Shown here: positions 28,922 to 39,476 of the stretch, one piece after another | Layout of the letters: the number at the start of each line of letters is the position of its first letter | Position numbering within the stretch: the first letter of the stretch is position 1 | Virus record (IMG/VR): IMGVR_UViG_3300028840_007129 | Strand: one strand, 5' to 3' | Length of the DNA: 64,000 nt | DNA from: an uncultured virus (IMG/VR IMGVR_UViG_3300028840_007129) | Taxonomy: Duplodnaviria; Heunggongvirae; Uroviricota; Caudoviricetes | Notes under the pieces: model-generated | Databases searched by the model: none | Seen by the model: only the letters and a program-made list of their open reading frames with translations | Told to the model about the DNA's origin: nothing | Translations under genes and position numbers: made by a program

Positions 28922-30747
28922 CCTGTTCCTCCTATGATGATATTATAGAACTTCTTGTACTCAATAAATGCTGATACAACCTGGAAAAGATCAACGGATT
29001 CGAGATCCTTAATGATCTGGATTAAGTTATCGCCACTTATGGGTTTAAGGAGATGTGCGTTAGGAGAGGATGAGACTTGATCTATAAAGGGCACTTCGTT
29101 TGATAGGCCATTTATGGAGGCTATACCCTTCGCTATGAGAGTTGCTCTATTTCTGTCGACCTTCAAAGACTCAATGAGTTCATCCACAATAGCACTATCG
29201 CAGTCAGAGCCAGTCGACCTGAGAATGTTCCTGAGTGAAAAATCTTTTTGAATCTCCAGGAACCAGTTTTGAATCAGCGTCCTTTGTTCTTTAGAAAACT
29301 TTACCAAATCAGCTGGAAATAGCTTATCCTTGTCAATAGGCTTTAGACCAAACTCCTCTTCTATTTCTTTCAGGGTCTCGACCATACGGCCTTTTTCCCC
29401 ATAACTTAGGGGCTTGATCTTATTAAGGCTCTGAAAAACTATGCGGTTATAGAAAACAGAGGGACTATTATAGTTCTCGAAGAATAAATTCTCCGTATCA
29501 TCGTAGAAAGATTTTAAGGCCGTTAATCTTGAGGTGAACCGCCTCTCGTATAGAAAAGAATAATAATCGCTGAATCTTTGTGCGACCTCAATAGACTTTA
29601 GGAAATTGTCTCTTTCAGAGGCTCCAGGAATCGGAAGTATCCTTGTAAGATACTCGATGAACTGAGCTTGTCTGTAAATTGGAGCGTCTATCTTTATCTC
29701 GAAAGGCCCGTCATATCTAGAAAGGTATGATGCTATTACTGGTGCTGGTGACCTTTTCTGAAGTTTATCCTTTTTATTTTTCCTTGGTTTAATCCACTCA
29801 GAAATGTACCGACCCAAAGAAACGTAAGAAGTTGTATATACGGGCCAATTCTTAGTTGTACTTATTCGGCCTGGGGCATAATAACTTAAGATTTTATCGT
29901 TGATTTTATAGGGGCATAATGGGTGTGGGGTTTTAAACTTACGGACCTTATAATTAATTCTGATAAAGTTACTTACAGTGATTGACACCTGTTGCCCGCA
30001 TATATCACAAATTCCCTGTTCAGAATCTTCATTAGAGTCTTCAATAAGATAAATTGTTCTACAACGCTCGAAATAATGAGACAGGGCATGATTGCGATTA
30101 AATTTCTTATCCCAAAAGAATGGATTTCCGGTCCATTCCCCAGTAAATTCCGATTTGAGAATAACGTTGCTCCATAAACTTTCCCAAAGAGTCCGGCCCC
30201 GTACTGTTGTAATTGTGGTCCCCAACGCAGTCATGCAAGATGACGGGTAATGTCCTGGGCCGCCCATGGGGCCCCTCGCTTGAAGCATATAAACACTAAT
30301 AAAGGCACATTCAAGGCATATTTTTCTGTATTTATCTTCAGATATAAAAAAGTCACGATTATCTTTTATACGTTCTTTCCTTGGTGTTTCTGGTATAAGC
30401 TCACCGATTTTTTTCTCATAACCACTTTTTGTGGGCTTGTTTCCCTGTAATGGCCTGGGGTCGTTACTGAGGAGGTCAAAGTATTTAGACGGAAATATTT
30501 TTTTCAGAGTTCTAGAAGAAGGAGGCGTCCTGAGGAATTTTTTATGAGCCTCTTTTGACCCTGGGGGCATTCCAAATTGAAGGGACGCAATAACGAACTG
30601 TTCGAAGGAGCTGTTGAAGTCCGGCCTGGAGAAGCCAAACTCTATAACGGGGTTGGTCCTATAATTTGAGGTGATCTCAGAAAGGGGGATCCTTTCAACC
30701 AGGCCATTTTTACGGATTACTGGAATCGGGTCGATAAAAGGATTCAT
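28918..30747 (-). CDS. cas8e: Cas8e (Cse1), probably fused to a C-terminal Cas11 (Cse2)-like domain
   Basis: RPDF, NRDFF, CLECA, GGPG and LWESLWSNV motifs; last ~130 aa (NWFLEIQKDFSLRNILR) resemble Cse2, and no separate cse2 gene exists. Confidence 0.85.
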   Translation of the reverse strand: MNPFIDPIPVIRKNGLVERIPLSEITSNYRTNPVIEFGFSRPDFNSSFEQFVIASLQFGMPPGSKEAHKKFLRTPPSSRTLKKIFPSKYFDLLSNDPRPLQGNKPTKSGYEKKIGELIPETPRKERIKDNRDFFISEDKYRKICLECAFISVYMLQARGPMGGPGHYPSSCMTALGTTITTVRGRTLWESLWSNVILKSEFTGEWTGNPFFWDKKFNRNHALSHYFERCRTIYLIEDSNEDSEQGICDICGQQVSITVSNFIRINYKVRKFKTPHPLCPYKINDKILSYYAPGRISTTKNWPVYTTSYVSLGRYISEWIKPRKNKKDKLQKRSPAPVIASYLSRYDGPFEIKIDAPIYRQAQFIEYLTRILPIPGASERDNFLKSIEVAQRFSDYYSFLYERRFTSRLTALKSFYDDTENLFFENYNSPSVFYNRIVFQSLNKIKPLSYGEKGRMVETLKEIEEEFGLKPIDKDKLFPADLVKFSKEQRTLIQNWFLEIQKDFSLRNILRSTGSDCDSAIVDELIESLKVDRNRATLIAKGIASINGLSNEVPFIDQVSSSPNAHLLKPISGDNLIQIIKDLESVDLFQVVSAFIEYKKFYNIIIGGTG

Positions 30748-30824
30748 TCTAGCTCCGCTTTTTTGTGGTGCGGATTTTTAATTTTTGTTATTAAAATATT
30801 TTGAGCACTGTCACCTTTATCTAA

Positions 30825-30853
30825 ATTATAATAAAAAAAGAACCAAAAGTCAA
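30825..30853 (-). promoter_or_regulatory. sigma70 promoter of the cas operon
   Basis: TTGACT(30853-30848)-N17-TATAAT(30830-30825). Confidence 0.85.
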
Positions 30854-30872
30854 TATCTTTTTTGTAAAACAG

Positions 30873-30933
30873 TCCCCTCTAGGGATTACGCATTTTCAGC
30901 ACAGTCACTGGTTCAACCCCAAACGGGGACTGC
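30873..30933 (-). ncRNA. CreR/CreA-like regulatory mini-crRNA targeting the cas promoter
   Basis: Short spacer between degenerate repeats; 30892-30908 matches 30798-30814 at 15/17, mismatches at positions 6 and 12, 5'-AAG PAM. Confidence 0.8.
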
Positions 30934-31339
30934 ATGACATAAACATGCTACTGTTGTGAGTGCATCATCCTCAGTAAGAGGAATACAGTTTCCGAAGTCA
31001 AGCCTGTTCGTATCGTTCGATTCATCCCTAAAGGGGAATATCTGGAAGTCTTAATCTCAACATCGCAGGGTTTGGTTCGTCCCAGCACGGGGAATATGTA
31101 TCATCAAACCGCAACGTGATGCGCTGCATCGGTTCATCCCCTCGCACGCGGGGAATACAATGGTAACAAGATGCTTTTAGGGGCAGCCAATGGTTCATCC
31201 CCGCGCACGTGGGGAATATACATCGACGAATGGCTATGCCGTGCTGCTAATCGGTTCATCCCCGCGTGCGGGGAATACTCAGTCCCAGGTGCCTGGATGT
31301 CAACCTCGTACGGTTCATCCCCGCGTGTGCGGGGAATAC
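30909..31339 (-). CRISPR. CRISPR array 2, same repeat family
   Basis: Four near-consensus repeats (31130, 31191, 31252, 31311) and four shortened degenerate ones (30909, 30961, 31018, 31073). Confidence 0.95.
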
Positions 31340-31416
31340 TCCAATATTTTGAAACCAATAAGTGCCTTTTATACAGCATGTGGTAGAAAATGTCAAAGAG
31401 CAAAATCGGTAGAACT
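31340..31416 (-). promoter_or_regulatory. CRISPR leader 2 with promoter
   Basis: Homologous to leader 1; TTGACA(31396-31391)-N17-TATAAA. Confidence 0.85.
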
Positions 31417-32647
31417 TTGGACCCCTCATATATTATACTAAAAAACTGGTCAGAGTCCAGAAAATAATTTCTGGTAGGAATTTATTTTTGTTTCACACAC
31501 GTCGCGTATTGATACCCACCAGGAATTTTACAATACATCGAACAATCTGGATTCGCTTTATGGGGCTTCTTATGAAAGCATACGAAGTCACGACAATCTT
31601 TAGATCTTTTACATATAACTCTTTGGGTCGTCCGGCTCCGGGTGGGTCTCTTATGGACCTTCTGTTTGGTTCCGCACCAGGGACAGAAAGGATACCGAGG
31701 GGCTATAGATGTGTTGCAATGAGTGCAGACCTTACTTCTCAACATGCGTTCCGCCCGTTGTGAGTCCCGTATTGGCCCACGACTTTTTGGCGGGCATGCC
31801 CTGAGCAGCGGCCCAACAGCCGGTCCCCTCCGTTTCGACGCATGTGCCCGTATCATTGATGCCAGCCCAATATGTATACCCACATTCTGGACATCGCTTT
31901 ACCGTTGACATAATCACTCCCTTTTTTAGCTGGGCCTACAAGACAACGCTCCGCCTATATTCATTTCCTTCTGGATTCCTCCTGAGCCTGTTTGTCTTTT
32001 TCCTGTATTGCGCCCTCATCTATCGTATAAGGAAATACATGCTCAAATCTCTTACAACGCATCTTTTCAGCAATTTCAGGACTTGAATATATACCGCTTA
32101 TTGTCCATCCGTCTTGATCAAGTACTACATATACTTTTTTACCTGTAAGCTCATGCATGAGTCACTCCTTTCAGAGCCAGTTCCTTGTAGGTCCCGATTC
32201 CTTCAATGCTTCAAAGACTGGACTTCTGCAAGGATATATCGTTGGTCTGAACATAAACTCAGCTCCTGCCTGCCGAGTTCTTGGGACTTTCCAAACGACT
32301 AAGGGTCTTTATATACGCCTGTTCCATATAATAAGGAAGATTCTTTAAATCGGGGTATATTCTTTTGGGGAGTTCGGGGTCACACCCAAAATCATTAATT
32401 TCTATGGTGATCGCACCACTCCCCATTCCAATAATAGTACCGGATATCAGGTCTCCTTGTGACCAGTGTTCAACCGTTATTTCCTTACCAATTTTGGGTT
32501 CAAATTGGTGATAGCAGGGGCAACCATAATCAATATTATCAGGTATAATATGGTTTGTTTTATACCAACATCCTTCGCATGACCCACACTTCAAGCCATC
32601 TATATTCATACGCGGTCCTCAGGTTTTTTACCGGTTCCCTTGCAATA

Positions 32648-33301
32648 TCAACAGGTTTCTTTTCTCTGGTCCTGACCTGAAAGGTACTCGCCATCCCCAT
32701 CACACTCGGGACAGCTTTCTTCATCCCTGTCATCCTCTTCCTCAGCTTCCCTTCTGCTCAGCTCCTTATATGGGAGGGTGTCGGGGTCGTTGAAATCATA
32801 GGTCACTACTTCATAGGGAAACGCCCAGTAACATCCCTCAACTTCTAAGGTATCGTTTTCGCCCTCAAAATATTTATGTTGCACCCAACAGAAGCCAGCG
32901 CCCTTCTCGGCTTCTTTTGGAACATAGTTATACGTTTTTTCAAGAGTCAGATTTACCACGGTGTATCCCTGGTAATCTTCCCCGCAGACCAGGTACTTAT
33001 TGCCATTACTATGCCGGATAAAGGTGTATGGAAAAGCGGCATAATTCCGTTTGATATCAGCTATGACACGATCGCCCTTATAAACCAGACCTCGGGTGAC
33101 TGACGAGCAGTTAAGCCGCGTATAATGCTTTTTGATGACTAATTTATAGTCATCGAAGTTTTCCTCATGAATGATCTCACCGGATATTTTGAAGAACCTC
33201 TCTAACCGCTTTCTTCTTTTTCTGTATTTTCGGCTGAGGGCATAATTATCCGGTTCTTCAGGTCGAAACAGACGGATAAGGGCCGTGAACATAGTCCACA
33301 T
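32648..33301 (-). CDS. Hypothetical phage protein
   Basis: Long ORF in the co-oriented gene run; no family recognised. Confidence 0.6.
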   Translation of the reverse strand: MWTMFTALIRLFRPEEPDNYALSRKYRKRRKRLERFFKISGEIIHEENFDDYKLVIKKHYTRLNCSSVTRGLVYKGDRVIADIKRNYAAFPYTFIRHSNGNKYLVCGEDYQGYTVVNLTLEKTYNYVPKEAEKGAGFCWVQHKYFEGENDTLEVEGCYWAFPYEVVTYDFNDPDTLPYKELSRREAEEEDDRDEESCPECDGDGEYLSGQDQRKETC

Positions 33302-34221
33302 CCAGGTTAGGTTTCGGAGGGAGGTACGCTTGTATTGGTCCAGTACTTAACGACGAATTTACCCAAGGGATCTATTACCTGGCTACGTAAAAATCCAGCA
33401 TCTCGTAATCTACCTAATCGGTATTCTCTGCAACGAATATACGGGGGCAACTCATCAGCTTCAAACCAATGGTCTTTTGGGCATAAAGCGTACACCTCTT
33501 TATCGACAGCGGTAAGGGCCTTATTATTTAACATTCTTGCCAATGAGATCGCCGTTCCTTCGGAGACTGCACGTACACGGCCATAATCTTTCCAGTCCAT
33601 AAATCCGAGTATCTTACCGCATAAACGGCAGCGAGGGCCCCGGACAAACTTACCGACGGGAGGACCTGGCCCACCAGTATGAAGAACAGTCACAGTTGAC
33701 CCATATCACGTAAAATGTGTGCATGGGCTTATTTCCGGTCGGATAAAACGAGATTATCCCCAATATTAAAGGAACACATCTCTATACCATTCATTTTTAT
33801 TACAAGTATCTTAAAAGGGGGCATCCAGAGGATTCCATTTACATGAACGCCTAAAGTGGCTGGGACTTGAAACCACCAGGACTTTGAGAATTCGATAATT
33901 GATGTAAGACTTACGTCCTCTTTTTTTGCTGGGATCAACGAATTATCTTTAAAAGTAACCCTTACGTGTCCATTTGTATTTACCTCACCTTTGAAAACCT
34001 TCATCTTCAGGACAAGAATATCCTTACTCTCTCCCGTCTCTGTCCAAAGTGATGTTGAAGCAAAACCGCTATTACTGAAAACGGGCGTATGGACGGTAGT
34101 TCGAAGGTCCACTAGGTCTAACCATTTATCGATTGCATCTAATTCTTCCGCTGAGGACACAAAAAAGAAGATAAGAAGACCGAAGATAAAACGTGACATA
34201 GTTCCTCCTCACCTCTGCATC

Positions 34222-35202
34222 TCACTCAAAACAGCATCCGTAGAGGCTCAGCTTATCTTCTTTGTTGTTTTCATACCGCTCTTGAGAATCCTTTTCATAT
34301 TCCTCATGCTTTTTCTTACATTCCTCAAAGAGCTCCGTAAGCCTCTTTTTCTGGTCATTACTCCAGGATTTACCGGCTATTTTTATGAGGGCCTTGAACT
34401 GGTGATCATAATGATACTTATGGCCAGCCAGCTTCATGAAACACTCCGCACGTAGTACCTGCGTGAGCTTATTCTGTTTCCTGGCTCTTTCTAGGATTAT
34501 ATGCACTTCAGATATTTCTTTGAGGCTGCCCTCGGTCATCAACCGGTTCAGGTCATGATGGCAGCCTTCTTTCGTGAGATACTGGGTAAAAGCGTCGTAA
34601 TCCATGTATGGGTAGCTATCGGTATAGATGAGACGACAGGCCTGAAATAGTACATAGGCTCTGGCGTAGGTATCATCTCCCTTGAATAGATTAAAGCATT
34701 CCCCCTGTATTTTGCTGATGGTTTCGGAGAGGGAGCTTAGGTCCTCAAGAAGTTCATCCCTATACCGACGGAGGTAGTAGACGAGGTGCTCAGACCATGC
34801 AAAGACGTTATAGACGAATTTATAATGTTCTCCAGCCTGTCCTAAAAGCCCCGGAATGCCAAGGAAAGACTTAAAGGCATCGAAGGGCTCATCATCATCG
34901 CTGTTCTTTCGGGCTTTCAGGACCGGACTCTCCTCGTTGAAGAGGCCATCACAGTGTCCCTGAACGGCTATAGACCAGGGGGAAATCGTACCCCAGGTTA
35001 TTTGATTCGTGGCACTAGACCCCACAACCCAGTGGATGGAATTAGCGTTTCGGCCGAGGAGGTCATGCCACAGGTGTTGGATGAGGCCGACGAGCTTTTC
35101 GGGGTAACCCGGCTTCTTCTTATCGAGTTCATCGGCAAATTCGGTGATTTTTGCGACGGCGTAGTAGATCCCTTTGAGGCGCTCTTCGTTCGATAGTCCC
35201 AT
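34222..35202 (-). CDS. Hypothetical helical protein
   Basis: 326-aa ORF with AAGGAG RBS. Confidence 0.65.
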   Translation of the reverse strand: MGLSNEERLKGIYYAVAKITEFADELDKKKPGYPEKLVGLIQHLWHDLLGRNANSIHWVVGSSATNQITWGTISPWSIAVQGHCDGLFNEESPVLKARKNSDDDEPFDAFKSFLGIPGLLGQAGEHYKFVYNVFAWSEHLVYYLRRYRDELLEDLSSLSETISKIQGECFNLFKGDDTYARAYVLFQACRLIYTDSYPYMDYDAFTQYLTKEGCHHDLNRLMTEGSLKEISEVHIILERARKQNKLTQVLRAECFMKLAGHKYHYDHQFKALIKIAGKSWSNDQKKRLTELFEECKKKHEEYEKDSQERYENNKEDKLSLYGCCFE

Positions 35203-37124
35203 GTTCTGTGCGCTCCTTTTCTTTCTTTAGATATTATACAGGGAAAAGGCCCAAAATGTAATTATCCAATAAAATCAAATGGTTACGTGATCCGACTCCT
35301 TATTATCCAGCCGCGCCTCTTCCTCGGTTATCCATTTACGCAATTTGGCAAGGACATTTCGCTTTGTATCAACATCCCGCTGTTGATATTCTCGCTCTCG
35401 CAGGCCACTGCGAATAACGGAACGGCAAACGCCCTCTGTGATGTGCCCGTTTTGTTCCGCGAGCTCTGCGGCGTTTACCTGTCATGGGTATTCCTTTTTA
35501 CTGTGTTATTTTTTGATATACGGGGTAGCTCCACTTTCATTAAGTATCTCCTGAATGGCCTTATCCCCGGCAAGGGCATACATCATATCGAGTTCTTTTT
35601 CCGTGATGGTATTTTCCTCTTTTTCCAGCAGTAATCGATAGAGGACTGCTTTAGCTTTCTTAAGCTTATCCTCAAAACAGAGGTCCCCGCTGATAATAAT
35701 CGTATTAGGTGGGACACCCACCTTATATGGTCTACTGACCAGGGGCCTACCAGCATCGAGGTCTTCTTTGATTTCTTTGATCAGGTCTTCTTTTTTGGCT
35801 TCGTACCCAGACATGCTTCTCTCCTATTGGAAAACCCTCAGATTTACGATGCTTCCGTCCTCAAGGAGGTCACCTTTTATCTTTATTCTGAGGTTCTCAC
35901 ATAATCTATAATGAGCTTTTTCCAATGCTGCCATGTTGGGGTGGTCTATAGATACTAGGTGTTTTCCGGTATCATCTAACTTATTACAGTTTTCCTGCCC
36001 GATATAATGCAGGTTCAGTGCCTTCTGCATAAGGGACCGGTCAAAGGATCCCTGTACTATCGTCTCGAACTCTCCCAGTTTTTTTGAGCTCATTCCATAC
36101 CCCAGTCAGACCTTATTTGGTACACGAGCCCGTTAGCTTCCGCGTCCTTATTTTTTACTCTTAGGGCCTTAACTTTTTTCCAGCGGGGGTCTTTCCAGTA
36201 GTCCGGTTGTCTCTCGCGTTTCTCGAAACCATCCTCAATCTTATTCATACTATGGCATCCTAGGTCTATTCATACCGGTTTTTAGGGATTATGACATCCG
36301 TACCAATTTTACTTTTAGAACTCGGTTGAAATCATCAGATGGCGTTATGTACCACCCACATCTCATGGACATGATTCCGCCATAACGGTAAGCGTGAATT
36401 GTTTCGTTTTCATTAAGGGCATTATCAGGTATCTCCTCAGGGTGGTCTACGACTTCATGACTTACGAGGTTCTTTGCATACTCTCCGGTCTGCTCTTCTT
36501 CTGTGAGAATCCTGAACCTATTTTTATCGACATAGTATTCAAAGCTCCATCCTCTATCGCCCCAAATAAATACTGCCGAATTCCCGTCAGCTTGCTGGAC
36601 GGTAGTTCTGACATACGGTCGATCGGGCTGTATCGTTGGGTAGATCATAAACTTTAATCTATTCCGGCAACCTGCCTGCTTGAATTACTTTTTCTATTGC
36701 GGTTAGAAGGTCATCTGATGGAAACTGACATCCATTTTTAGACCATTGATTATATGCTTCTTTTAAATATATCACGTAAGAATAAGGGAGGGCTATTTTG
36801 TGTCGTTCAGTTAAGAATGTACACCATCGTAAAAGCTGTTCCTGATTTTCATAGTTTTTATTAAATATGCCACTATAGTCCTCATTGAACCATTCCATCA
36901 ACTTTTCTATAGTATAGGGCTCGTCCGAGCATGAAAATTCAAGGAGAGCCTGATAATCATAATACCAGGGTTCATCCTGGTTTAGAAAATCTGATAAAAT
37001 CTACACAGACTCCATCAGACCTTCAAGGATGCCTTTCATCATCCTCAGTGTTTCTCGAACACACGGACTCGACCAGAAATAGAGCCCGATTACCACTGAT
37101 CCTGGATCATTGCTGACCCATGAA

Positions 37125-38342
37125 TCAGCTTGTGCCGTAATTCTCCATCGGAAGATTAAGGCACGGCGGTGTGACCGCTGGCGCTTTCACCTCCACCACT
37201 CTATAGAGGTGGCAGAAGTAGGAGTAAGCCTTCGCCGTGAGAGCGATCTTGAAACCTCTTCCTTCAAGGTTCAGCTTCTTGTTCTCTCCCGGTTCCAACT
37301 TAACCTTGATCTGTTCGCATATCCCCAAGCCCTTACGAGCTATCACTAACGCCGCTGCTGTGTGACGGTTCAATGAATACTGTTTCTGATACTTCAGCAT
37401 CCCGGTGATAGACGTGAAAGCCGGGTTGATTTTCTTGACTTCAACACGATTCTTCATGGCCCTACGTTCGATAGCCTGAAGTAACTGAGAGTAGATGAAA
37501 TTGTGGCGCATCCGGTTGAACTTCTTCGGGCCGTGTTTTCCATCATTGAACTTCAGGTCTTCCAGAACGACCCCCTTGCCCTTTAGGACAGCGAGATCAA
37601 CGACCTGTTTGGCCAGTTCCTCTGTGTCATTCTTCCTTTTGTCCCTGCTGGCAAACTGTAGCCTGTCAGCATGAAGATAGTGATGACCCAACAGGTTCCC
37701 GTCCCTCCCCGTCTCCACTACCGTCAATCCGTCAGGGTTGGTATCGATCCCTATAGTTCCATTGGAGAACCTGAACACTGGTTTCTCATCCGGGATCGTC
37801 AGGCCAATGTAAACGTAGAACTTTCCATCCTTGGCCTTGATCCTCACATCGTAACATTGGCGGTACAGCTCAAACTCATGTTGGAACTTCTCCGGAATAT
37901 AGAGCTTGAAAAACAGGAACTCTCGATGACCGGGAAGACCCACACGGAGCCTATAACCTTCCGGGGTGTTGATGACCCTGATGTTGGGGTTGCCTTGTTT
38001 GGTCACGTCTCCACGGGAGTAGAGTTCTCCGTCACGGGCCTGATGCCACTGATCCTTGGTGACGAGATGGCTGAGCATCTTGTTCCAGAGACGTTTGCCG
38101 CCAAACAGGGCATGTTCCTTCTCCACGCTCTTGGCTCTCAGCACAGCATCCTGGATGTACCGCTGGTTCAGCTTGGCCATGTACAGTGGCTTGCAGGCTT
38201 TCACTACGTCATTGGCCTTGGTCAGCGCATCTATGTGGATGCGCTGATAGGCGTAACGGCGACAGGAGGACTGGCTCCTCATGATCTGTTTGAGGGCGTC
38301 GAAGTCCCCCTGATGGATGGTTCCTGTTATTACTTTTTGCAC
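37125..38342 (-). CDS. tnpB: TnpB-related RuvC protein, atypical
   Basis: IGIDTN, VVLEDL, INPAFTS; RuvC-III region reads NRHTAAA; no CxxC finger. Confidence 0.85.
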   Translation of the reverse strand: MQKVITGTIHQGDFDALKQIMRSQSSCRRYAYQRIHIDALTKANDVVKACKPLYMAKLNQRYIQDAVLRAKSVEKEHALFGGKRLWNKMLSHLVTKDQWHQARDGELYSRGDVTKQGNPNIRVINTPEGYRLRVGLPGHREFLFFKLYIPEKFQHEFELYRQCYDVRIKAKDGKFYVYIGLTIPDEKPVFRFSNGTIGIDTNPDGLTVVETGRDGNLLGHHYLHADRLQFASRDKRKNDTEELAKQVVDLAVLKGKGVVLEDLKFNDGKHGPKKFNRMRHNFIYSQLLQAIERRAMKNRVEVKKINPAFTSITGMLKYQKQYSLNRHTAAALVIARKGLGICEQIKVKLEPGENKKLNLEGRGFKIALTAKAYSYFCHLYRVVEVKAPAVTPPCLNLPMENYGTS

Positions 38343-38914
38343 CGACCGCCCCTCTTACCGTAGATACGTGCCGAGTACGAGGTCATAATGGCTATGATGT
38401 CCTCGGTGATTTCCTCTTCATACCGTTGTTCATCACGGTGGTTGATTATCTCTAATTCGACGTTGAAGGCATCGCATAACTTTTTGATGTACGTGAATCC
38501 GAACCTTGCAAGTCGGTCTTTCCATTCGATAACGACCCGGCACACCTGACCGGCGATGACCATATCAAGGAGTTTGTTGAGTTGTCTGCGGTTTTCATTG
38601 ACCCCGCTGGCTATCTCTTCCAGTACCACGAAGTCGTATTTTTTATCGTGGGCGTGTTCCATGAGCCGGAGCTTCTGCCGGTTCAGATTCTCCCGCTGCT
38701 TTTCGGTAGAGCCCCGGCAGTACAGGACGGTCTTCTTTCCGGAACTGTCTTTGGTCTTCTCCTGACCGATCAGTTTATACAACTCGTCCTCGTCATATCG
38801 ACGGTGTTTGCCGGGGGTGCGGGAAGGCTTTATCAGGCCTTCCCGTTCCCATTCCCGGAGCGTCCCTATGGATATGCCGAGTTTTTCAGACGCGGCTTTA
38901 ATCGACAACGGCAT
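38330..38914 (-). CDS. tnpA: IS607 serine recombinase transposase
   Basis: MerR-like HTH (TLREWEREG, RTPGKHRRY), YCRGSTEKQ, EIASG and DRLARFGF motifs. Confidence 0.92.
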   Translation of the reverse strand: MPLSIKAASEKLGISIGTLREWEREGLIKPSRTPGKHRRYDEDELYKLIGQEKTKDSSGKKTVLYCRGSTEKQRENLNRQKLRLMEHAHDKKYDFVVLEEIASGVNENRRQLNKLLDMVIAGQVCRVVIEWKDRLARFGFTYIKKLCDAFNVELEIINHRDEQRYEEEITEDIIAIMTSYSARIYGKRGGRCKK

Positions 38915-39476
38915 TTCTCAAACCCTCGATGATGCCTTTGTTTTTGTCGAGCATCTTCTGGAGCTGCTTGACGGTGGGCACCTTTTCGAGGGGTTCATCG
39001 AAATAGAACTCCCGACCGTCCTCCAGACGATAATACTCTTTCGTGACCTTGGTGACTTTCATTTCAACTCCGCTATATGTTATCTGGATTTGGATATAAT
39101 TTAGCTCAGAAATTGAAAACTTGGTAATGTACACCCTATCCCAAAAGCGGTGATCATTTCAAACCCCGAGGGAATTTCTACCGTGCTTTTTATTATCAAA
39201 AACACGACGCATGCCATAAAGGCGTAAAGAACGTGACCTGTGATACAGGTTAGCCAAAGCAACTGTGGCCTATAGGGTGGGTGGGGCTCCTGTTCCCATT
39301 CGTAAGGATGATCCCATATATCAATTTTTTTCCACCCATGAGACAGAATTAATATCTCTCCACAAACAAGCCCTATAGTAATACTTATCGGGGGTATGAA
39401 TAAAGCGTGTTTGAGTCTGATGAGAACAAAAAGGACCAAAATATTGACAATCAAAGAAGACCACAGCTTAATAAAT

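Larger units (their letters stand above)
36905..39120 (-). mobile_element. IS607-family element (ends approximate)
   Basis: Small ORF, serine-recombinase tnpA and tnpB; higher GC than flanks; about 220 nt non-coding after tnpB. Confidence 0.8.

Noticed and set aside
22316..31310. Full-length self-targeting spacers
   Set aside because: No match seen within the window by eye apart from the promoter mini-guide; needs a real search.
36905..39120. CRISPR-associated transposon linking Cascade to tnpA/tnpB
   Set aside because: The IS607 element is self-contained, 5.5 kb away, and no tniQ or tnsC is present.
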